From positions 13,120,987-13,184,986 of the forward strand of contig CM082583.2 in the NCBI GenBank assembly GCA_040954595.2: a DNA stretch of 64,000 nt. Direction: 5' to 3'. The DNA is from Balanoglossus misakiensis (lineage: Eukaryota; Animalia; Hemichordata). The notes beneath the pieces are model-generated. The model was not told where the DNA came from and searched no databases. It was given only the letters and a program-made list of their open reading frames with translations. Below, piece by piece: positions 1 through 10,684 of this stretch (position 1 is the stretch's first letter; each line of letters begins with the position of its first letter). The translations under genes were made by a program, and so were the position numbers.

Positions 1-1988
1 TGTTCCACTTTTAGTTGATGTCAGATCAATCATTAACAGAGAAGAATTTAGTTTATATTCATAAAAAATCATGGATTTATTGCACTCATGTCAGTGAAAT
101 TCTTCATCAAAGATTGGTGGTGAATATATGCAATAAAATGTGCTGAAAAATAAATACCAATTTTGTTTACACATGTCAAGACAGACACATCATTGCTTCT
201 TCAACAGGGAGGCTCGAAAATATTAAGCAACATGAATTCATCACTCTCAACCGACGAACCAATCAAGTTGATCATATGTCACATGATCATATTATAAATC
301 TTAATCATCATCGGCACTGAACAGATTGTTTATGTCATGGCGACCTTCACTTAGGGAAATATAGGCGAGGAAATACCCGGATGAACAGAGTTTGGTTGCT
401 GAAAGATTGATTCTGGCAGGGAGGAGACGTGGACCATGTATATACTACAAAAATTCATGCTCTCCAGGTTCACCATAAATTGGAAATCGAACACGACGAA
501 TTAATCTCTGGCGGAATTGTATATTTGATAAAAAATACAATTATTTGATAGGAATTTATTTTGTTAAAAATCTCCGATGAAGTTTATGTCAGTAAAGTCA
601 TCTTCACAGACAAGGTCCATTCATCCGGGTATTTTTCAAGACAATCAGCGCGCGTGCATTCCATCTTTTTTTATTGGAATCACGTCAAAATAACAATACA
701 GTTGACTGGATTGGGGTCACGTGACGTCAAATGCCAACGTCTGATTGGACACCATATGGCATTCAATTTGTCTGAGATGTAGGTGCATTTGTATGCAAAA
801 TAATCAACTGTCTGTGTTTTTTTTTCTTCTATCAAAATGGCACCCCAGCTGCTCAAAAATTAATTTAAAAAACGACCCCAGGCATTCTGCTTGGGAGGAG
901 GTTCGTCAGTACAAAGCTCCGATAGGTCTCCAAGTCGGCTTTTGTGAGAAAATCGTGTACGACGGACTTGTATTTTAAGCTACCGAGTCGGTAAAAGGAA
1001 TCCACTACAGATATTGGCGAGCCGACATAAATGTCAAAATCTGACGATTTATGTCTTCACTGCAGATTTTCAATAATGACTGATAAAGATGAAACAAGAT
1101 ACACTATCACTGATTACGCTCGGTAGCAAATCTGCATCTCGAAATAACAATACCAAAAGAGCAAACATCTCGTTTTCCGAGATTTCATTCACATGTATTA
1201 CTTTCTATGTCATCCAAGACTTGCAAAGACGAATACAAAAATGAGGACTCGCTTTCATTGCAATAAAAAACTGCTCAAGGGTTTCAATAGATAGAAGCTA
1301 CGTCTTGTCAAAATGGCGTCGATGCCTGCGGTTTCAATTTCATCGATGTTTTAAGCGTCTCGTTTTTCCCATGTATTTTGACCACCAAACACTGATATCA
1401 CATTGGTTCAGTGCTAACTCCCAGGTGAATATACTTGCATGATATTATCGAAATTTGTAACCGCCCGGTTCATCTTCAAACTCCGCCTATCGAACTCGTC
1501 AAGTGCTAAAATGTGTCGGAAGTAAATTTCGGAAAATCATTTTTTAGCGCGACCATTCACTTATCAATGCAAACCAATATGTCGACACTGATAAAAAAAG
1601 TGATCTCATCGTCAAGGCGAATGGGCTGTCATGCAGGTACATGTAGTCGTTAGAGGGAAACTCGTGAGGTAAAAGGTAATACCCATCTCCTTGCGTGCAT
1701 TTTTCTCTTAATTTCTGCTTAAAGTAACACCGTAAGCTTACATGTTCTCGACTTGGTCTCCCAACTCCTCTACCACGAACTGTCACATGGTGGCGTACAT
1801 ACGTCTACCTAAAACTGTCCATCTTTCGAGCAGGTTATGTCGTTGGACATTTATATTGCGTCAATTCACAGAAGATGTGCGTCAATGTTATTTTGTGACG
1901 TCACCGGCGGCGTCCTAATCAACTGTAACAATGGAAGTTGTTAGCTATTCATAAATGTATGATTTGATGTTTTGTGAGATGTCACTTT

Positions 1989-2082
1989 TCCATCCATCCA
2001 TCCATCCATCCATCCATCCATCCATCCATCCATCCATATATATCTATCGATCTATCTATCTATATATATATATCTATCTAAT

Positions 2083-2173
<91 letters not shown>

Positions 2174-2225
2174 GTCTGTCTGTGTCTGTCTGTATGTCTG
2201 CCTGTCTGTATGTCTGTCTATCTAT
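1989..2225. repeat. Compound microsatellite (CATC)n-(TATC)n-(TGTC)n
   Basis: Tetranucleotide runs are directly visible; they explain the spurious HPSI/YLSI ORF at 1955-2284. Confidence 0.97.
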
Positions 2226-3169
2226 GTGTGCTATACAAATTCTGGCCAACAATAGCCGTTAGTCGTTATGCTTATTGCATTTAATATTAATCGCCGCCAT
2301 CCACATCCACGCAATAAAGCGCAAGTTTGACCCTATCAGGCCGCGGTTGCAGATATCTGCTGTTCAACGTGTAGGCTATTAATAAGGACAGCTGGGCGCA
2401 GCATGACGCGACACAATTACCTGACAATACGAGACAACAAGGTGGCGCAGTACATGACACTCGTCATGAAGGTTCAAGGAACGGCTATCTCTTATACGTA
2501 CATGCCTTCTGCCTAGCAACGAATTTGTTGTTAAACATACCCCCTAGCAAGGTTACTTTTAGCAAGGTAGAAGTATGTACTCAGTAACATTGATCGATAT
2601 AAATGTAGTTCATATCGCACCTGACGTGTATACCAGTGTTTGCAAATAGTCACCACTTTATTTCTTTCATATTTACATTTTGCTGTATGTATTTTAGTGA
2701 AACAACTTCGCCGAAACTGAAGCCGTCCTAATATATGATGCGTGGCCGGCTTGGGGCCAATTTTGTTGCTGGTTTCAAATTTATATTTTTAATTGACGGC
2801 AATATAAAATATTAATATTATTGAAATGCAGTTGCGATTTAGAATTCATGCGTTCATTCTTTTACACAGATTTTATAAATGGCCGACTACCGCAATATGT
2901 AGCATAGTGACATCGGTTAGGTTTTATTTAAGGTTAGGTGCGCTAGTCGGGGGTGCCTCAACCTATGAGAAGATAAAATGCGGAGAAAGATTGGTTTTAG
3001 GGAAAAACATTATGTCTTCCGTATTACCGATAGTGTTGAATCAAAATCGGAATTAATTAAACAAGCATGCCGAACCAAGACGAAAAACGTTTATCTCTGA
3101 ATTCTTGGAACTGAAAGTGGATGCAGTGTGTAGTTGAACAGAGCTATATTGGGGTGAGACCCCGTGGTT

Positions 3170-3183
3170 GTTGACATGGCAAC
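3170..3183. promoter_or_regulatory. RFX X-box-like element upstream of TRIM-like gene A
   Basis: GTTGACATGGCAAC, one mismatch from GTTGCCATGGCAAC, about 190 bp upstream of ATG 3372. Confidence 0.5.
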
Positions 3184-3371
3184 CATGCCTAAAGCATTCA
3201 TTTAGTAGTGTCACAACCCAGCCCACACAAATCGTCCGCAGATATTTCGCGAAGTTACCGCGATCGGCCAAGTACCGTTTTCGTTGTATCACGCGTTACA
3301 ATTCGGCGAACTCCGGGACTGAACCCCGAAAGATTTGCAAGTCATTTTCCAAACCAGAAGCGGCTAAAAAA

Positions 3372-5781
3372 ATGTCAGACGACGAACAGTGCGTACATTG
3401 CTCGAAATCCTTCCAGAGCCCGCTGCAGATGACATGCGCTCACAAAGTCTGCAACGACTGCGTGCACGATATCCAGAAGAAGAACGAGGATGCCCATGCC
3501 GAAGAATTCCACTGTCCCGGTTGCAACAAGGGTGTCATCCACCAAGCAAAGAAGAAAAGCGGCGGCAAGAAAGACGGTAACCAGGCAGAAGACAGACGCA
3601 CAGAATATAACCAAAAGAAGGTAGATATTGCCGTCATTTTATCAGCAATTATCGACCATTGGGGGCTTTGACGAAATTATATGCTGTATCTCGCAATTTA
3701 TTTAGTTCATGCGTATTTCTGAGATAGTGTCCACAGCGATTACGTTCAAGTTCACTTGTTAATGCGCCCCCGTTACGGACGGTAGAAATAAACACTAAAC
3801 ACTAACAAATGTAGCGCTTGTAACGCTTTGTTCATATATGCCTTTTACACGCATACCAACGCCCAAACAAGACTTGTTTAAACACACAAATAAACAGTGT
3901 TACATGTAATTGTTTAATATTCGCCACGAACCATTTCGAAATTACGTAGGCCTATATTTGTGAAAAATCGCCAAGCCTAACAACCATTGGTTGACTGCAC
4001 AGGATGACACACTCTAGGACAGAGCCTTGTATTAACACAGAAACACGACCTCGCTCGCATTGCTGCCCTTTGAACTACAGGCAAAGGAGGTTAACGCCCG
4101 TATATACTATTGTTATTTGTGGTTTATGTCCAGAATAGTTCAAACACTACACAATGTGATATACACACACGGACGGTTGTCGGAGTGCTTGACACAGATC
4201 AGTCAAATCTCGATATATAAGCCTATGTAGCGATGATTGATGCGCAACTTTGAACTATATTGCAATTTGTAGAATCAAACGAAACCGCAAAATCCGATTC
4301 TCATTTATTTCCAGTAACCTAATGTGTTGAACTGCGGTTAAAACAGGTGTTTCAAAGGAGTGTGTGTTTGTTAGAGCACCAGCTGTCGAAAAAACTGTGT
4401 TGCCAAGCGGCGTGTAAACATTTCAATGGAAGGTGGCATATCTCATTATCGGGTTGTACTAAACTATTTTTAATTGCGATTTCACAGAGTGAAATTATCA
4501 AGAATTTAGAAGAACTACAACGCGAAAATGACAAAGTGGATGACTTTACGAAGAGACTCAACGTCATTGGCGAGAAAACTAAGGTATAACCCTATTTTTG
4601 TATGATAGTGCACATGTATGTATGTATTATGTATGTATTCCTGATGAGAGGTAAAATATGTACACGGTCATGACGACCTTCACCAGCCTCTGGGCGCACC
4701 TTACAGTATGCCTACGTACACGTATACCAATATTTCTGAGTTGTCTTGTTCTCTTGGGTTGCCAGGTCAACGCATCACAGCTGAGAAATGAGATCATCCG
4801 AGAATGCGAGGCCCTGGTCCTTATCATAGAGAGACGAAAGCGAGTGATGTTGAGCAAAGTGGATAAGGCACAACAGGAGAAACTGCGCTCCCTAGAGTCA
4901 CAGATCCGCACCTGTAAGCAATCACAAAGCAAGGGGCACGCCGTCGTGGTCAGGACAAACCGCGACTTGGAAAGGATGCCGCAGTTTACGCTCATCACGG
5001 CAAGTTTCATAATTCTTTGAAATCTCACGAATATTTTACGAACAAATGCTAGTAATATTCACCAGACAGATGGATTCTTTGTTTCTCTCTTCAATTTATG
5101 AATCTTACAATAAATCTCCTTTGTTATTTTTTCCAACAGAAAGCTGACTCAATCAACACAAGGTGAGTATTCAGGCCAGCTGTAGAAAATGAGTGCACCT
5201 GTCCTCAAAATGGTACAACCAGAAAAAATATCCCGACGTTGGTGGCGTAGCTTTTTATGTCATGACGTCAATGTAATGGCGTCTTCTTGATGAGAGTAAA
5301 TTATGGCGCTTAGCAACGGACAGAATAATACTTTTTTTTGAATGAGCTAGCACAACATTATTTGCATCTAAAAGATGACACACGAAATAAACGAAACCGG
5401 CTCTACAGGAAATCGTATGTTAGGGAATTCAAGTACAATATACCTCATAAATTTATCAAAGTGACGAGGATCTCCTACATTTACAGTATCAACGATGCAC
5501 GCGAATCTCACCCCGAGCTAACTCCGAAGGAAGACGACAAAATCCGATACAAACTAGATTGCCAACCGACGAAAGATCAGCTTGAGCAGCTTGACCTTGA
5601 AGAAGTTGAAGACGACGACGACGACGAAGAAGAAAAGGAGGGTGGAGAAGGGAAGGAAGGAGAAGAAGGGGAGGGGGATAAGGACAAAGAGAAGGAAGGA
5701 GAAGGAGAAGACGGAGAGAAAAAGGAGGACGATGAAGAGAAAGGAGATTGGTCAAAACTCCAAGAGGGCCAAGCCGAATAG
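3372..5781 (+). CDS. Gene A: RING(C3HC4) / coiled-coil / COS / acidic-tail protein, MuRF (TRIM54/55/63)-like, no B-box; join(3372..3620,4488..4583,4766..4999,5140..5162,5487..5781), 298 aa
   Basis: Exon 1 encodes CVHC..CAHKVCNDC..CPGC. Internal exons of 96, 234 and 23 nt have AG acceptors and stay in frame (phases 0,0,0,2); intron 3 has a GC donor (ACG|GCAAGT). The last exon has a COS-like segment (INDARESHPEL..LDCQ..LEQLDL) then a D/E-rich tail to TAG 5779-5781. Exon sizes are mirrored in gene B. Confidence 0.88.
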
Positions 5782-6509
5782 TTGAACTCAGTAATCGCTA
5801 GTACATTTGCAAACACCAGATAAGCTTATACCGTGTAGGACTTGGAGTTCAACTATCAAACAAGGAATGCCGGAAGACTATCAAAACTTGCATTAACACT
5901 GACTCGCCCGCAGCTGCGCGCACAAACACGCATGCATGCATAGATACACAAACAAACAAATCCAATTGATACACACAGTCATATACTTGTTTGTATTTAT
6001 GGTTGTTATTTTATGTGTTGTATATAATTCAGATCTTAGAACGCTTTGTCTTTATTCATTCAATTGAATAGCAGTTGTAAAATGTATCAAATCTTGTTCA
6101 ACAAAAAGATGTTAATAATTCAAAACCTATTAACATTATTTTCACCAATATCAAGGATTTTCATTTTATATATTTGTTAATAATTCATGTTCGAGTTCAA
6201 CCTGATCCATTTACAATATTAAAAATCCATAGATATACTGATTGATCGATGAATTATTGATAGATCGATCAGTTCGCCAGACAACCTGGACACACTATCA
6301 TTTGAAAACTTCTGTGTAGGTTTAGTAATAAGCTCTGAAAGTTCACAGGATCGATACATAGGGATCGTTCGTGCAATTTTATCAGAATACCTCGCTGCGC
6401 TCTGACTTAGCGTAGAGACGCGGTTGATAGAAATGGCACGTTTGCAAGTAGACCTCAAGTTACATCACAAATATCCAATTAGCGTAGAATCAAAACGTAA
6501 CCATGACCA

Positions 6510-6523
6510 GTTGCCATGGAAAC
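6510..6523. promoter_or_regulatory. RFX X-box between the two TRIM-like genes
   Basis: GTTGCCATGGAAAC matches the X-box consensus GTNRCCNNRGNAAC. Confidence 0.5.
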
Positions 6524-8499
6524 CGGTTGTACATATTAGATCGGGTTCTCGATTTCATGATTCTGAACAGAAAAATAAATTTGTGTGTGTATCAGTAAAA
6601 TTGTGTTTTAAAAACCACTGAATGAATACTGATAAAAATCAATTTACTTTTCCAATTAAATGTGATTGTGTGAGTCAGTCATTTGACTGTGGGGAACTAG
6701 AAGTGACGTACACAATCACGTGACAGTGGTCATTTATTTGATATGTACGTCACCTCCTGGAAATATAACTCAATTTTAGAGTTGTTTACCCTCTATGTCT
6801 CGGCAAATATCAGAAAGCATGATTGTATGTGTGTATGTACGTCTGTCAATCAAGAATCACGTGTCGTTAGATATAAGAAGCAAATATCAACGGCGGCAGT
6901 CGTGAACAAAACGGCCACGAAAGAACAAAAAAATGTCATTCAAAGTATTTTCTGTAGTTGAGAATAGGTACCAACTGTATAGTCACGATCTCTGTGGACG
7001 GTGAAAATTCAAACTAGAGTCGAGTTTCTGTCCTCATTTATAACACGAAATCAGAGTCATAACAGTAGTTGTTTCATCATTACCGGCATGGAATGATTAA
7101 GGGGAAAAATCCATTAGCATGCTCCAGTATTTGACCTCAAATGCGCCCAAGTCGATGCGTATACAATTCAAATCGACAATATCACCCGAGGGCTACATCC
7201 TATCAGATCGGAACGAGTGGACTCCGTTCTCCGGCAACGTCTCATTCGGTTAAATATTTTACAATCTGAGACTTTAAAAATAGTTGTACATTCCTTTGTG
7301 AACTAAAATAATATTTGATCGCGGTAAAAAAAATTATCCGTTGCTACCGTGACACTCATCATTGAAAATGAAATATGGTTCAATTTTTTTTTCTTATTTC
7401 TTCTCCGACTGAAGAGCGTTGACAGAACTCACAGCGTGAACTTCGTTGGTTTCTTCGCCTGATCATAATTGGTCCCGACACGGGGATTGGCCACTTGTGA
7501 AGCAACATAAAGCAATCTGGCTTGGGGGCAACATTCAGAAATGTATCTGAAGATACTGACGTAGAATTAAGTTTTGAAAATCATCACTAAAATGGAAGGT
7601 TGCTGGAGGTTGGCGCGTTCAAACAACAAAATGTGCGTCATCTTCGCCTAACAGTAACAAAGAAAGAAGGGAGAGGGGGCTGGGGACGCGTGGAGGGGTG
7701 TCAGTAAAGTCGTCCAAATTACTGCTAAATTATCATCAGCACGGTCTCTTAACAAAGGTGATAATTTTTTTTTTCCTGAGATCTGTTGTAGAAATTTGCT
7801 GCTCGGGAATCGATACACCATGATTACTGGCGGCATTGTCTCAAAGGAAACTGTCGGTTCTTGATGCAATTATTGCGTAAAGAGAATCGTTCTCATTTGC
7901 TCTTCTTCTTTCTCTGTCGATAGATCTCCTATTTTGTTTCGAGGCGTACCAACGATCGATATCTATTTCGGTTCCTGTGTGTGGCCTTCTAACATTCGCT
8001 CTCCACTATCGATCGATCGATATCCCGGCGCGGCGCTCGGCTTGCGTCACTCACCCCCCCCCCCCCCCCCCGCCAAGGAAACAATGGACGCCGGCCTTGA
8101 TTGACTGCGGTACTCGAACAACCACGTAATTATATATCGTATGCTCTCGCTCGACGTCATATACTGAATTAATTCCCAATACCATTGTTCATACAGAGTT
8201 TTCCGATTCTGGGGCCGGACAGAGGTAAAAGCAAACTTAACAGGTGGTTGCTAATCGAGGGTTCGGGGTATTTGGATCAAATGTGAATGTGTGTGGACGG
8301 ACTTCGGACCTGGCCGTAATCGCGAAGTTTTGCCGGCCGTGGAAAGGAAAACTGCACAAAGTGAGGCTGAAATGTATGGAATATATGCTCAACGATATCA
8401 CGTCCACAGTCCCATGGAAGCTGACTCAGCGAACCAATCAGATCAACTGACTAAGGATGATTAGAGTAGGTAACAATGCGCGAGGTGTCACCTTAGCTC

Positions 8500-8515
8500 A
8501 TTGGGGTCACGTGAC
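8500..8515. promoter_or_regulatory. CCAAT (reverse) plus palindromic E-box GTCACGTGAC (USF/MiT CLEAR type), candidate gene B promoter
   Basis: ATTGGGGTCACGTGAC ends about 125 bp upstream of ATG 8640; an identical 16-mer lies at 710-725. Confidence 0.45.
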
Positions 8516-8639
8516 CGCCGTACCCAGACCGTGCGTGTGGAAGCCAGCGAGCAGTGCGGGCATATCGCGTACGAGTCCGTGTAATAACATAGCTTTTTTA
8601 TGGTCGTGTCTCATCAACACACTGGGAAAAAACACCGCC

Positions 8640-10589
8640 ATGAAAGGCTCAAAGAGTGCTCACGCGAGGACGAATCCCAGGACCGCCAAAGAAGGACAAC
8701 AACAGCACGGGCAGCCGGCGAACAGAGAAGGGGCTCGGAGCGCTTTCGCCTACATCAGCACAAAACCTTACCGTGAAAGGAAGGTAAAGTCGTCTTGTTA
8801 CATGCATAATCTTGTTACAAACAATGCGGCTTTAGTTGTTTGTGCTCGATTCCATGGAGTGTTGATACCTTGACCTCACAGCCGAACAACAACTGACTGA
8901 AATCTGTGCTGTTTTTCGTACCACCGCGTTTCAAGATTAGAGCGGAAGATATTTATACGACTTAATGTTCTTAGCATTGTTGGCGACTGTATTAAGTAAA
9001 CCGTGGAACAAATAGACCTAGTCTCACGCCTGTATGTAGTATAGTACTTCACAAACACTACTTATAATTTACGACGCATCAAAATAATTCCGTAACCATG
9101 TTTAACGGGTCTATTCGAATACATGGAATGGTTTATTTGATAGGCGGGTAAAATATTTCTGATGCGGAAAATTTGGGTTTCATATTCCCTGAGTTTTCTG
9201 CAAGGAGACATTATTTCAAACGCGGGGTTGGGTTAGATGCCGAAAACGAAATTGACTTTTCTTCTGCATTCGGGTTATATTGTCTGCGACAACCACATGC
9301 ACATGGCTCGGCCACCGGGCCACTAGAATATTGCACCTGGTTGCTCTCAAAGCATTCATCAAACACAGGCGCGTTGCTTTTGACTCGAGATTATCCAAAT
9401 CGACAGAGTAACTAAGTGGACAATACTGCTGACCCTTTTATATCAAACGCGAGCGCGTCTTAGTATACCCGAGGTTCATTTCGCTGGTTCGTGTATTGTT
9501 TTGTCTGCCCGCGTTGCTAGGCACCGTGTACCTGTCGACACCTGGAGTTCAAATGTTACAATGTTATAAATGGCCATAACCTGCCACCCAGGTGGCACGG
9601 GTCATTGAAATCCTTTGTAGTCGCCCGATTCATTTCCACCGACCCGGTGCGCAAGAGGGCTATTTTTTACCCACATTTATTAAACGAGTGCAGTGGCTAC
9701 ACCATAAATGTTTAACACGAATGCGAAAAGGGAAATGGACAACCGACCGGTTAATTATTACGGTATTGCTGTTTCCACCGTTAAGTGTTGTTTCCAGGTC
9801 CGTCTAAAAGTAGTCTTTTCAAGCGACGTGAATAGACCCGATTAAACCTTTGTGTGTTCTAAATATCAGAGTATGTCGTTAAATGGAGTTTGGGTGACGG
9901 AAAAAATCCCATAAAATTAGAATAAAAACAGAATGGGTATGGTCGCGAGTAATTCTGTGCAATCTTGCGTTTTCTTTTGTTGTTTACTTGATTCGGGGCT
10001 TCATATTGAAATTCAGTGACGCGACGTCGTCTGTGATACGGCATATGCGCCGGAGAGGCATCTCGCCAATTTCTTTCAATGCGCTCTTTTTTGAAGCCGC
10101 CGACAAAATAGACCCGAAATGCAAAACCTTCAGGTTGGTGATAACTCGTGTACACGTAAAAATGTCATATGAGGAAACAAAAATTATCCTGTCTGGAAGG
10201 AAAGGCTAACCCGATTTTCTGTCGGCTTTTCGGAGCGACGACGCCTGGTAGGCCACCTATGCTGGCGTGGAATTTCTCTGGCGACAACTTCTGTCGTCAT
10301 AACGCCAGTCCCGTGGGTCCCTTTATAAAAGGGGTGTTTTATAACCGAGCTATGAGCGTGGTTAATGTACCCGTACCTGGCCAATAAATAAAGTCAGCAA
10401 ATTTCAGTGAGTTAGAGAGTATTCGTGGCCCTTTAGGCAGGACAAGATTTGAATTCCTTTAAGGAGTGTTGAATCCTCACAAGCCATAAGAGACTCGGTC
10501 TACCATGACTGAGAAATAAATAACTCATCTCTTGAACACAGAGCCCATCCTCTTGAGAATAAACTAGTAATTGTCAATTAACCGGAGAA

Positions 10590-10684
<95 letters not shown>

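Noticed and set aside
979-1127. 9-bp inverted repeat GCTACCGAG / CTCGGTAGC as a MITE
   Set aside because: Short, no target-site duplication and no second copy seen.
1955-2284. 109-aa ORF
   Set aside because: It is the translation of a microsatellite.
3168-3371. N-terminal extension of the RING ORF
   Set aside because: It starts at TTG and overlaps promoter-like sequence; ATG 3372 places the RING at the N-terminus as expected for TRIMs.
5489-5816. Antisense and alternative-frame ORFs over the gene A tail
   Set aside because: Shadows of purine-rich low-complexity coding sequence.
8007-8022. 16-bp palindrome TATCGATCGATCGATA (DRE-like)
   Set aside because: Explained by a short (GATC)n repeat; no other support.
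9988-10209. ORF as a missing gene B exon or transposase
   Set aside because: No zinc ligands, no recognisable motif and no good splice sites; it lies in a putative MITE.
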